The position numbers were made by a program, and so were the translations under genes. Of a stretch of 64,000 bases of DNA, positions 41,501 to 50,268 are shown in pieces; position 1 is the first letter of the stretch, and every line of letters begins with the position of its first letter. This DNA comes from Bacteroidota bacterium (GTDB lineage: Bacteria; Bacteroidota; Bacteroidia; Cytophagales; Cyclobacteriaceae): the NCBI GenBank assembly GCA_018267275.1, contig JAFDYV010000003.1, forward strand, positions 500,361 through 564,360, read 5' to 3'. The notes under the pieces are model-generated. The model saw nothing but the letters and a program-made list of their open reading frames with translations, had not been told where the DNA came from and searched no databases.

Positions 41501-41528
41501 GCCAGAGTTGAAACCAGCAAAAGCATAG
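38505..41528 (+). CDS. secDF: Protein translocase subunit SecDF (fused)
   Basis: LNLGLDLQGGM, RIDQFG..QPNIQ, LKAGSLPAP, MAVDANVLIYERI, GVDFKGGR, GYSINDTVIIFDRIRE. Confidence 0.97.
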   Translation: MKNKGVVVVLTVLITLLCLYYLSFTFISRGIREDAIKYATSKDGSVDLSKKQRYLDSLWNKPVLNLFGAEYTYKQIKESELNLGLDLQGGMHVVLEISPADIIRGLSDNNQDPAFIAALQKANELEKKSTDSYSSLFYQAYKEANPNAKLAPLFASTANKERVKITDADDKVLKFLDEEIENAIERSFTILKTRIDQFGTSQPNIQRLQGTKRIQIEIPGADNPQRVRKLLQSAARLEFWEVVEPAMDMQLSTALTAINQKLIKEQNEKKTTDLGSTSTTAPEKAAAKTGTTKSALEQALSKVDSSGTNKLDSLRAATTSPLFALSNPPMAFRYDLKDTSAINQILKREDIKALFPRNIFARWDVKADNQTVPGAELLQLNFLTANRSGKPLLSGEVINDARLASDEFGRPAVSMTMNASGSKVWAKVTAAASAKQPRGRIAIVLDNYVYTAPSVNGEIPNGNSQISGNFTSEEAKDLANVLKAGSLPAPTRIVESAIVGASLGKVAQNQGFISMACGLAIVVIFMVAYYSKGGWVANLALLFNIFFILGILAQPTIGAALTLPGIAGIVLTMGMAVDANVLIYERIKEEQRQGRKLLDAIRKGYERAFSSIFDSNITTFLTAMFLFIFGQGPLRGFAVVLMIGIATSFFSAVYISRVIIEWMTRKGEESKISFETGLASGVRERKHFNFIGNRKIAYIFSSTVIVIGFVLIAIQGLNLGVDFKGGRSYKVTFNKPVVATDMRVSLAQSFQNSSTEVKNFDSDRVMKVTTSYLIDDETDAADDKVRAALIEGVKKFSGLEYAENDATVDDKHFAISSSSKVGATIADDIKDSAFEAGLYSIIAIFLYILVRFRKWQYSTGAIVALIHDSLFVFATFGICRAIGISFEIDQVFVAAVLTVIGYSINDTVIIFDRIREFINFGSSHDRKQIFNDAINSTLSRTLITSGTTLIVVVVLLFFGGEVLRGFSFALFIGIVIGTYSSIFIAAPIVIDFDKKEEAKPELKPAKA

Positions 41529-41547
41529 TGCTCCTGCACAAAGAAAG

Positions 41548-41576
41548 AAAAGCTGCTCGCAAGGGCAGCTTTTTTT
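41548..41576. terminator. Intrinsic terminator after secDF
   Basis: aaaagctgc...gcagcttttttt hairpin with T tract. Confidence 0.75.
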
Positions 41577-41633
41577 ATGCTTCTAATTTCCAAACTAAGC
41601 TTAGGCAGCAACTATACGGTCAGATTTCAATAC

Positions 41634-42713
41634 TTAGAGCCTCTCTGCCAGCACGATGGCAGCTCCTTTATCCAACATGTTGGGTAATTCACCGAGGGCA
41701 ATTTCGAGTTTAGCGTAGTCAGCGGTACGGTTATTCTCTAATCGATCAATAGCCAATTCGGTAGCCAACACCAATGCCTTCGGCACCATTGCTGAGGGTT
41801 TAAACTGTTTCCAGCAATACAACGCTTTGTCGAGATCGTGTTTTGCAAACGCATAGAAAAAAGCTGCTTCGCACCAAACTACGTTCTTGATACCATCTGG
41901 CATTGCATCAATTTCGTTAACATAATCTAACAAATGTTGCTCGGCCGCTTCAAGATCGCCTTTGTCCCACGCAGCTTGATGAAAATACCCGTGCACATAA
42001 GCCCCAAAAGGCGCATTCAGTTTTTTTGCCAGGGCACTCGCCTCTTCGAGTTCGGCCCAATTAAGTTGTGACGGCCGTAGCCCACCTGTTGTTTCCGAAA
42101 CAATTTTCAAGATTAACAGCTCAAAACGCGATACGTCTCCTCCTCGTTGCAAGTTCAAAATCCTGCCACCATCAGACGTAAAGCCACCTGCATGAAACGG
42201 CAGAGCCGTTAACCAGAAAATCAAAAATGAAATTGCCGCGATCATTACAAACACATAGGAAACGGTTGCCGGTGTTGACATTTTGAATAAAAGAAAGGCA
42301 AAAAGCGTCAACAAAAAACTTGCTACAGGGCCACCTGCTGCATAAATGAGGAAACGCTTTTTTAAGTTATCTGTGCCGGTAGGAAGGCAAATCACCATGC
42401 CACCTGCGGTGTTCACGTTCTTATTCCATTTAAATTTCCAACCGTCCTGCTCTTTTTCCCAGAGAAATGGGCCAATAACATACATTCTGAATTCGAATTT
42501 TTGGGAGATGCCCGCAACCGCGTGCCCCAACTCGTGAAAGCCAATCACGAAAAAGAAAACGGGGATTGCTGCAATGCCGCAACTCAAGAGGACTTCATCT
42601 GGCAACTCTCGGCCCGCCTTCATTCCATAGTATGCAGATGCAAAACCAATCCCACCGCCCAAAACCATCCCCACAGCAATCTGAAAAATCTTTGACCTTT
42701 TCTTTTGACGCAT
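41634..42713 (-). CDS. M50 family (site-2) intramembrane metalloprotease with C-terminal helical domain
   Basis: FHELGH zinc motif, AAGGP, LP....FTSDGG; TPR-like soluble C-terminus. Confidence 0.8.
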   Translation of the reverse strand: MRQKKRSKIFQIAVGMVLGGGIGFASAYYGMKAGRELPDEVLLSCGIAAIPVFFFVIGFHELGHAVAGISQKFEFRMYVIGPFLWEKEQDGWKFKWNKNVNTAGGMVICLPTGTDNLKKRFLIYAAGGPVASFLLTLFAFLLFKMSTPATVSYVFVMIAAISFLIFWLTALPFHAGGFTSDGGRILNLQRGGDVSRFELLILKIVSETTGGLRPSQLNWAELEEASALAKKLNAPFGAYVHGYFHQAAWDKGDLEAAEQHLLDYVNEIDAMPDGIKNVVWCEAAFFYAFAKHDLDKALYCWKQFKPSAMVPKALVLATELAIDRLENNRTADYAKLEIALGELPNMLDKGAAIVLAERL

Positions 42714-42778
42714 AAACAGCTTTTACCTATTGGTAGCACAACCAGGCCAACAATTACAATGGCACTCACCAGAGCAAC

Positions 42779-43834
42779 CTAGTCAACCACGAGACGCATT
42801 AGATCCGAATTGCCAATCCACAACAAAAAATAGGGTTGTGGCTGATTCTTCTCTTTCATAACCAAGAGGAAGGGCTTGTCAAAAACAAGATTCTTTACTG
42901 GCGGTTCCGGAATAGCGAAAAGTACCCGTAGCTCGGAAACCGACTCGAGCGAGACGCCCGACTCGTTCAAAGAAAAGTTTATGGCCTGTGTGGCATCCGA
43001 AATTGTGTATTTCTCAAAACCCCTGTTCAACAATTTCAATCCTGTAATATCTTGAAACTCCTTCTCAAAATTCAAGTCGATATGTGGGATTCGAATGTTG
43101 TCATTGTCCTGCATATATTCTAAATGACCCTCTTTTACCCGTTTCATAACCGTCAAATATGTTTCTATAAGAGTTTTACTCGGCTCTACCTTCGCAAAAT
43201 AGATTTCATCAAAATCATTATCAGTTTCAATTTGAAAGATAAAGTCATTTGGGTTGCGATAATCAAAGATTCTTAGCTTACTACGGTATACTGGATTACG
43301 CCAAGGGTGTTTCAGTCCAAAGAAACTGACAGACTTGTCACCCATGAATCGCAACTTTTCACCAGAAAAACTCTCATCTAGTTCCGAAAAAAAATGAACC
43401 TTTTTGTTAAGGTATGAATACGCGCAAATATCGAATGGACTACCAGAAGTCTTGGGTTTGAAACTCAAGCTAAATTTTTTGAAAACTTGAGACTGAAATT
43501 TTGATTGAACACTGTCTCTAGCAAAACCAACGCCTAAGCAAACAAATTCTTTACTTACGCTTTTGTTATTGCTCTCATTTAGACTGTTAACCCATTCCAC
43601 TGGTCTTGATAACTGGATAGGAGATTTGATTATACTATCCCGAAGTTTGTACCAACTCATTTCAAACGATGAGCAGTAAACAACGTTCCTATTTTTTTCA
43701 ATTCTCGCATCAGCTGTTGGAGCAATGACGGTATTTCTTGGTACATTTTCCCGATTGAGTTGTCCCACCGGTTGGGCGTATGCTTTTGCAACTACCGTGA
43801 TTAACAAAATACCCAAACACAACAACCTTTCCAT
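42779..43834 (-). CDS. Secreted hypothetical protein with serpin-like C-terminal signature
   Basis: Signal peptide; IPHIDL, QAINFSLNESG, LVFDKPFLLVM, PYFLLWIGN resemble serpin LPKF, HKA.IEVNEEG, F.ADHPFLF.I, LFMGRV.NP; AT-rich. Confidence 0.6.
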   Translation of the reverse strand: MERLLCLGILLITVVAKAYAQPVGQLNRENVPRNTVIAPTADARIEKNRNVVYCSSFEMSWYKLRDSIIKSPIQLSRPVEWVNSLNESNNKSVSKEFVCLGVGFARDSVQSKFQSQVFKKFSLSFKPKTSGSPFDICAYSYLNKKVHFFSELDESFSGEKLRFMGDKSVSFFGLKHPWRNPVYRSKLRIFDYRNPNDFIFQIETDNDFDEIYFAKVEPSKTLIETYLTVMKRVKEGHLEYMQDNDNIRIPHIDLNFEKEFQDITGLKLLNRGFEKYTISDATQAINFSLNESGVSLESVSELRVLFAIPEPPVKNLVFDKPFLLVMKEKNQPQPYFLLWIGNSDLMRLVVD

Positions 43835-43835
43835 T

Positions 43836-45032
43836 TTATTTTCTGTTAACTCTACTAAAGATAATATATTTAGGTCGTTTTTGTCTCATCCCAAACAAAA
43901 ATCGCATCACATTAAAGGGTCGAATCAATAAAACATAAATCGCCAGGCAACTCGCCAATGTGAGAAAGCAAATTGACCAATACTTGGCTGCAATCGACCA
44001 CGGGAGTTGACATATGTAATAGCCAATGGCGATGATCACAGTTTGGTGCAAAATATAAAACGGGTAAAGTCCTTCACTGATTTTTGAAAGCCAAGGGTGT
44101 GACTTGTTCAAATAATGCTGGCCATAGGCGATAATGGTAATGACAGTGAACCAGCTTACGAAGATTCCGGTTCTGTTAAAAAAATCTTCCATTGTTCTTT
44201 CATCCCACGGCAAATGTATCAATCCACGAAAGTGAAAATAACAACCATAAAAAGGAACCAGTGAAATGATGGTGGCCACCAACAAGTATTTTCGGTTGTT
44301 GCCGATGGCTTTCCAAAGTTGAGGGATGGAATAGCAAATAATACCCATTAGGAAAAAGCAGAAATAAAAAACAAAGAATGCCCAATCATGTGTGAGGTCG
44401 TGGGTCTCTTCTGGAAAAAATGGTCGTAACAGAAACTGACTATTCAAAATCAAAATGGAAGGAATGAAAAGCAACGCGGCCGGTGATGACAACAACCACT
44501 GACATTTTTGCTTAAAGTTTTCTGACTTGGGCGAACGAAGATATTTCAGAAAAGGCAAAGCCAACAATGAATAAATGAAGAGATACAAAATAAACCACAA
44601 GTGATGCCAACTTAAACTGCCCCCTTCTGGGTATGGCTTAAATTGAAAAACGGTTTTATAAAACTCCCAGTAGCTGGCATACTGGCCAATCCGCTCATAA
44701 TAAATCTGCGGAGGCACAATCACCAACATCCCAAAAATCAATGGAATGAACAAACGCTTCAATCGCTCCACGCGAAACTGGCCCGGAGTTCGTTTGCCCA
44801 GAGCAATGTATGTGCCCGCACCTGAGATGAACAAGAGCAATGGCATTCTAAAGTAATGCGACCACACCATCCAATATTGAAAGGAGTAGGTCAGTTCATT
44901 ATTCTTCACATGCCAACCCCAATGGTTGAACCACATGCCCGTGTGGAAGAAAAGTAAGATGGCGATGGCGATGACTCGCAGCCAGTCGAGGTCGTGAGCC
45001 CTGCCGTTAGAAATGATTAGTCCTTGGTTCAT
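43836..45032 (-). CDS. Acyltransferase family 3 (OpgC/MdoC-like) membrane protein
   Basis: R.HDLDWLR, FRMPLLLFISG, RLKRLFIP, HHLWFILYL, YPFYILHQ; ATG 45032 (ORF open to 45053). Confidence 0.88.
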   Translation of the reverse strand: MNQGLIISNGRAHDLDWLRVIAIAILLFFHTGMWFNHWGWHVKNNELTYSFQYWMVWSHYFRMPLLLFISGAGTYIALGKRTPGQFRVERLKRLFIPLIFGMLVIVPPQIYYERIGQYASYWEFYKTVFQFKPYPEGGSLSWHHLWFILYLFIYSLLALPFLKYLRSPKSENFKQKCQWLLSSPAALLFIPSILILNSQFLLRPFFPEETHDLTHDWAFFVFYFCFFLMGIICYSIPQLWKAIGNNRKYLLVATIISLVPFYGCYFHFRGLIHLPWDERTMEDFFNRTGIFVSWFTVITIIAYGQHYLNKSHPWLSKISEGLYPFYILHQTVIIAIGYYICQLPWSIAAKYWSICFLTLASCLAIYVLLIRPFNVMRFLFGMRQKRPKYIIFSRVNRK

Positions 45033-45104
45033 ATTCGTTTCTTGTTTGTGCAAAGAAACGGGCAGAACCTACGGTAGTAAGGCTGTTTTTATCGGCTAGA
45101 AGGC

Positions 45105-45120
45105 CGATTTTATAAAGTCG
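45105..45120. promoter_or_regulatory. Candidate operator upstream of acyltransferase
   Basis: CGATTTTATAAAGTCG 16-bp near-perfect palindrome about 70 nt upstream of the start. Confidence 0.35.
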
Positions 45121-45159
45121 AACGGTTTTGGCAATAAAGATGAGCCCTCAATGCATCCA

Positions 45160-45336
45160 CTAGCTTACTTTTTTAAAACGCATGATGGCAAAGAGGGGCA
45201 CATAAACAAATCCTAAAATCGCTGCCGCGATCATATACAACTCGTTTCCGCCCGGATAGTGAAGTATTTTGAAAAGCGACCCAAAAATAATGGCCATACA
45301 CGCCAGCGTCCCTGATACATAAAGAATCACTTTCAT
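45160..45336 (-). CDS. Small two-TM protein resembling GldL/PorL N-terminal membrane domain
   Basis: 58 aa; FGSLFKILHYPGG matches the G.LFKI.H.P motif. Confidence 0.6.
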   Translation of the reverse strand: MKVILYVSGTLACMAIIFGSLFKILHYPGGNELYMIAAAILGFVYVPLFAIMRFKKVS

Positions 45337-45372
45337 AAAGATTATTTTGAACCAAATTTCATAAAAAAACAA

Positions 45373-46494
45373 TCAATTGCTTCGCCACTCGCCTGGTGTT
45401 TTGCCCGTCAGTTTCTTAAATGCTGTGTTGAAAGACGATTTCGAATTGTAACCCACTTGCTCTGCAATCTCTTCGACTTTAATGTTGGGTTGATCTTTCA
45501 ATAATTGCTTGGCCTCCTCTACGCGGTATTCAGCGGTCATTTCAAAAAAGGTTTTGCCCAACCCCTCATTGATTACTTGCGAAAGCTGGTGCGTGGAAAT
45601 CTTGAGTTGAGTGGCTAGGTCGGGAAGTGAAAACTCCGCCCTCAAAAAAGGCTTCTCCGATTTCATCAAGGCTGACAATTTTTCAAGTATTGCTTTCTGG
45701 TCTTGCATAGAGAGAGAGGAACTTTTGTATTTCTGCGGTTCCGAAAGATTGGGTTGCTTGAAAAATCCCGACTGGCGCACTACTTGAAAGCTGATGAGGT
45801 AAATCGGCACTGTCATGTATGCAGCAAACAGGTGGTCGCCCGTATCATCTTTATTGATGAGCTTCACCACAAGAATGATTAAAGTAACAATCAAAACCTG
45901 CAGCAGCGATGACCGGAGTTTCTTGAATGATTCCTGCTCTGTTTTCCAAAATGATTGATTCCTCTTTCTGAATGCGTGAAGAATCGTCCAAAAACCCAAC
46001 AAAACATAAATCGTCATGTGAGTTAAGATGAAATGCGAATGATAAGGTGGGTTGAAAAAATCCTCCTCGACATCCATAAAGGAAAGCCCTGCGGGATGAT
46101 AGGCTCCAATCCATGCATTGTACTTTACCGCATTGCCCTGCATGAAGAAAGGCAGTTGCAGTATCAACCAAACTATTGCGGGTAAAAAATGCAAATACCA
46201 CTTGTTTCCCGTTTTGCCATCAATCAGGCAAACAACCATCAAGTAAAACGAGGGGCCAATCAAAAAAGCTAGCGACTCGGAATAATCTACCAGCCACAGT
46301 GCATTTACGATAAAACCTGTGTAACAAAGCAAAATCTCAAAACAGCAAGCGGCCAACGCGGCTATCATCAATCCCTGAAAGAAATTAGCCTGCACCTTTC
46401 TGTTTTCTTTCGAAAAGAAAAACAGGCAGAGAAAAACCGCCTGAACAATTCCTAAGAAAATGAAGATTGCGTAGAGATCTATTTCGTGAACCAT
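45373..46494 (-). CDS. AraC family transcriptional regulator with N-terminal membrane sensor
   Basis: About 7 TM helices then SL.DLA..L.ISTHQLSQVINE...FF.....YRVEEAK..L...IAEQVGYNSKSSFNTAFKK.TG.TP. Confidence 0.93.
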   Translation of the reverse strand: MVHEIDLYAIFIFLGIVQAVFLCLFFFSKENRKVQANFFQGLMIAALAACCFEILLCYTGFIVNALWLVDYSESLAFLIGPSFYLMVVCLIDGKTGNKWYLHFLPAIVWLILQLPFFMQGNAVKYNAWIGAYHPAGLSFMDVEEDFFNPPYHSHFILTHMTIYVLLGFWTILHAFRKRNQSFWKTEQESFKKLRSSLLQVLIVTLIILVVKLINKDDTGDHLFAAYMTVPIYLISFQVVRQSGFFKQPNLSEPQKYKSSSLSMQDQKAILEKLSALMKSEKPFLRAEFSLPDLATQLKISTHQLSQVINEGLGKTFFEMTAEYRVEEAKQLLKDQPNIKVEEIAEQVGYNSKSSFNTAFKKLTGKTPGEWRSN

Positions 46495-46533
46495 GAATTA
46501 TTAACAGAATGTGCAAAGTAATATATTTGAAGC

Positions 46534-47052
46534 ATGTCAGCACAAATTTTAAAAGCAATCTTGACCGATGCGCCCACCATCAATCAACTTGTAAATTCCG
46601 CCTACCGAGGGGAAGGCTCTAAGCAAGGCTGGACCACCGAAGCCGATTTGCTGGATGGCACACGCATTGATGAAGCAGCCGTAGCCGACTTGCTTGCAAA
46701 ACCAGATACCACGATACTTAAATATGTAGAAGACAACCTTATTCTGGGATGTGTAGAGCTACGGAAAGAAAAAGATAAATTGTATCTCGGCATGTTATCA
46801 GTCGCGCCCAATACACAAGGCAAGGGCATCGGCAAGAAGTTGCTACTAGCGGGCGAAGAACATGCCAGGTCTCTTGGCATTCGTACCATGATGATGACCG
46901 TGATTTCGGTACGAAAAGAGTTGATTGATTGGTATGTTCGTCATGGTTATCAACTTACGGGCGAGCGCAAACCTTTCGTAGTGCCCGACACGCGGTGGGG
47001 GATTCCAAAACAAACGTTGGAGTTTGTTGTGCTTGAAAAGCAACTCACTTGA
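46534..47052 (+). CDS. GNAT family N-acetyltransferase
   Basis: LGMLSVAPNTQGKGIGKKLL acetyl-CoA motif, LIDWYVRHGY. Confidence 0.9.
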   Translation: MSAQILKAILTDAPTINQLVNSAYRGEGSKQGWTTEADLLDGTRIDEAAVADLLAKPDTTILKYVEDNLILGCVELRKEKDKLYLGMLSVAPNTQGKGIGKKLLLAGEEHARSLGIRTMMMTVISVRKELIDWYVRHGYQLTGERKPFVVPDTRWGIPKQTLEFVVLEKQLT

Positions 47053-47108
47053 GCATTATTTGTCAATTCATCGCTTAAGATTTTTCTTCAATCCAAAAGG
47101 AACACCAA

Positions 47109-49097
47109 ATGCTCCACACCAATCGTCTCCTTCAATCCACTTCGCCTTACCTGCTGCAACATGCGCACAACCCGGTAGATTGGTATGAATGGGGCACAGA
47201 AGCATTGACGAAGGCCAAGCAAGAAGATAAGCCGATTTTGTTAAGCATCGGCTACTCATCGTGCCACTGGTGCCATGTAATGGCGCACCAGAGTTTTGAA
47301 GACAAAGACATTGCCGCCATCATGAACGAGCATTTTGTATGCATTAAACTCGACCGTGAAGAACGACCCGACATTGACCACATTTACATGGAAGCAGTGC
47401 AGGCCATGGGGCAAAATGGTGGTTGGCCATTAAATGTTTTTCTCACTCCCACACAAAAACCTTTTTTTGGCGGTACCTACTTCCCGCCCAAAAATTGGGC
47501 TCAGTTACTCATCCAAATCAGTAAAGCTTTTAAAGAGAAACGAATAGACATTGAAAAATCGGCCGATGAATTAGGTACACACTTGAACGTGAGCGACCTG
47601 CAACGATTTCAAAAAGCAGAAGCGCCCGTTCAACCGTCCTTCGCCAAAAATATGTTGGCCACTTTACAAAAACGTTTTGACTTTACGTGGGGCGGTATCG
47701 ACAAAGCGCCAAAGTTTATTATGCCGTCTACTTGGCTGTTACTGCTTCGGTGCCATCAGCTTACACGAGAACCGCAAGCGTTGGAAATGCTTCACCTCAC
47801 TTTGAAGCGCATTGCACAAGGCGGAATCTATGATCAAATTGGTGGCGGATTTGCGCGCTACTCGGTAGATGGCGAATGGTTTGCTCCTCATTTCGAAAAA
47901 ATGTTGTACGACAATGGCCAGTTGCTCACGCTGTATGCGGAAGCATTCCAATTAAGCCGCGATCCCGAATACAAATCTACTATCTATCAAACCGTAGCAT
48001 GGCTCGAGCGTGAAATGATGCATCCGGAAGGCGGCTTCTACTCGGCACTGGATGCGGACAGCGAGGGAGAAGAAGGAAAATTCTATACATGGACTTGGCA
48101 AGAATTGAACGAAGCGCTCGGTGACGATGTAGAAGTAGCGGCTGAGTTTTATCAGATTGACGAAACGGGAAATTGGGAGCATGGAAAAAATATTTTGATT
48201 CGTTCGGACGAAACATTTATAGACGCAACCATGGCAGGCCGTGTTCATGAAATCAACCAGAAACTTTTTGAATACCGTACGAAAAAAATACGGCCCGGAT
48301 TAGACGACAAAATATTGACGAGTTGGAATGCGATGACAATTGTAGGATTGGTTGATTGCTATCGCGCATTTGCTGATGCCCAGTTCCTAAAACTTGCCGA
48401 AAACGCCATCCGATTCATCGAGCAGAAAATCACGAAAGAAGGTGTGGTTTATCGAGCGTTTAAAGGGAAACATTCGGCAACCCCCGGCTTTTTAGATGAC
48501 TACGCTTACTTAATTCAAGCCTATACCGCTCTTTATCAAGTTACCTTTAACGAGCAATACTTAGACCAAGCTCGTTTCTTTACGGAGCGAGTGACGAAAG
48601 ACTTTTATGACGAACAAGAAGGTTTTTTCTTTTACTCTGCTCATTCAGCCGAGTTGTTGATTGCGCGAAAAAAAGAAATCTTTGATAACGTTATCCCTTC
48701 ATCCAATGCAGTGATGGCGCGAAACCTTTTCCACCTTGGCACGCTACTGGCGCGAGAAGAATGGAAAGAACTGGCACAACAAATGGTAAATCGCCTGGCG
48801 CATTTGATTGAATCTGAACCGGTATACATGTCGCACTGGGGAGTAACAGCATTGGAAATGGTGAATGGCCTGGCAGAAGTAGTGATAGTGGGCAAAGAAG
48901 CCGATGAAATACGAGCGAAGCTGCAGCAACATTTTATTCCGTTCGCGGTAACGCTTGGCACAACTTCAAAAAGTGAACTTGCTTTGCTGAAAGATCGCGA
49001 AGCAATGCGGGACACCATATACGTGTGTCGCAATCAAGTGTGTCAACTCCCGGTGCATTCGGTGGAGGAAGCGTTGCAACAGATTACAAAGTTCTAA
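47109..49097 (+). CDS. Thioredoxin-domain protein, YyaL/SSP411 family
   Basis: [58 protein letters not shown]. Confidence 0.92.
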   Translation: MLHTNRLLQSTSPYLLQHAHNPVDWYEWGTEALTKAKQEDKPILLSIGYSSCHWCHVMAHQSFEDKDIAAIMNEHFVCIKLDREERPDIDHIYMEAVQAMGQNGGWPLNVFLTPTQKPFFGGTYFPPKNWAQLLIQISKAFKEKRIDIEKSADELGTHLNVSDLQRFQKAEAPVQPSFAKNMLATLQKRFDFTWGGIDKAPKFIMPSTWLLLLRCHQLTREPQALEMLHLTLKRIAQGGIYDQIGGGFARYSVDGEWFAPHFEKMLYDNGQLLTLYAEAFQLSRDPEYKSTIYQTVAWLEREMMHPEGGFYSALDADSEGEEGKFYTWTWQELNEALGDDVEVAAEFYQIDETGNWEHGKNILIRSDETFIDATMAGRVHEINQKLFEYRTKKIRPGLDDKILTSWNAMTIVGLVDCYRAFADAQFLKLAENAIRFIEQKITKEGVVYRAFKGKHSATPGFLDDYAYLIQAYTALYQVTFNEQYLDQARFFTERVTKDFYDEQEGFFFYSAHSAELLIARKKEIFDNVIPSSNAVMARNLFHLGTLLAREEWKELAQQMVNRLAHLIESEPVYMSHWGVTALEMVNGLAEVVIVGKEADEIRAKLQQHFIPFAVTLGTTSKSELALLKDREAMRDTIYVCRNQVCQLPVHSVEEALQQITKF

Positions 49098-49131
49098 CGG
49101 CTTTCCATTATCTTCACTTCAAAAAAATGCT

Positions 49132-50235
49132 ATGAGGCAAATTGTTCCATTGATTCTTTTGTGGACTGTTATCTTTTGGTGGGGTTGTAAACCGCATCCA
49201 AAACCAGCGTCTCTAGTTGAAAAAGTTGATTCGATCATGAAATCAGTGCCTGACTTTTCAGGCGTGGTGTTGGTGGCCGACTCTGGAAAATCGATTTATC
49301 ACAAAGCCTTCGGCTATCGCAACTTTGAAACCAAAGAGCCCAACGATACTACAACCATTTTCGAATTGGCCTCGGTTTCTAAACAGTTTACTGCAGCCAT
49401 CATTCAACTGCTCGAGCAGGAAGGGGCATTGGGCTATGATGAACCAATGGATAAATATTTGAAGGGTATCCCCTACCCCGGCATCACTATCCGCCATTTG
49501 CTGACGCATACTTCGGGTTTGCCCGATTACCAAGCAATTATGGATGCCCATTGGGACAAATCAAAGGTGGCCGACAACAATGACATCATTGAATACCTCA
49601 TCAAGTATCACCCTGCTAAACGCTTTGAACCGGGTGAGAAATACGAGTACAGTAATACAGGGTACGTGTTACTTGCCAGCATAGCAGAGCAGGCAAGTGG
49701 CCGTGATTTTATTGAGATGTGCCAAACAGCCATCTTTCAACCATTGCTAATGACATCCACCAACATTCGCACCTTAAATGAAAAAAAGTCCATCATCAAT
49801 TTTGCTTGGGGGCATCTGTATGTTGACGATATGCAGCGCTATGTGCGAGCCGATTCATTTCCTTCTTCCAACTATACCATTTGGTTGGGTAATCGAAAAG
49901 GTCCGGGGCGTATTAGTTCCAACACCACAGACTTACTAAGATGGGATCAAGCGCTGTACTCAGAGCGAATTTTAACGAACGCGTCCAAGCAGCAAGCTTT
50001 CTCTCCGATGAAGTTGAAGAATGATTCAACCTCAAACTATGGGTTTGGTTGGGACTTAAAGAATGACTCAAAATTAGGACGGATTGTGTCACACAATGGC
50101 GACAACCCCGGATACAAAACCATCATCGTTCGATTCATTGACCAAAACAAAACGATTATCGTTTTAAGTAACAATGCACATTCAAAATTCAATGAGTTAG
50201 TAAAAGGGCTCACGTCAATTCTTTCAAAAGGCTAA
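49132..50235 (+). CDS. Serine hydrolase, beta-lactamase class C-like, probable lipoprotein
   Basis: LASVSKQF (SxxK), LLTHTSGL, YEYSNTGY, HNG; WWGC lipobox-like. Confidence 0.88.
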   Translation: MRQIVPLILLWTVIFWWGCKPHPKPASLVEKVDSIMKSVPDFSGVVLVADSGKSIYHKAFGYRNFETKEPNDTTTIFELASVSKQFTAAIIQLLEQEGALGYDEPMDKYLKGIPYPGITIRHLLTHTSGLPDYQAIMDAHWDKSKVADNNDIIEYLIKYHPAKRFEPGEKYEYSNTGYVLLASIAEQASGRDFIEMCQTAIFQPLLMTSTNIRTLNEKKSIINFAWGHLYVDDMQRYVRADSFPSSNYTIWLGNRKGPGRISSNTTDLLRWDQALYSERILTNASKQQAFSPMKLKNDSTSNYGFGWDLKNDSKLGRIVSHNGDNPGYKTIIVRFIDQNKTIIVLSNNAHSKFNELVKGLTSILSKG

Positions 50236-50268
50236 TCGGATAAATTTGGCAGAAAATACCGGAAACGA

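Noticed and set aside
41601-41636. In-frame continuation VLKSDRIVAA after the M50 gene's TAA, suggesting a premature stop
   Set aside because: Only ten extra codons, compatible with chance; needs ortholog alignment.
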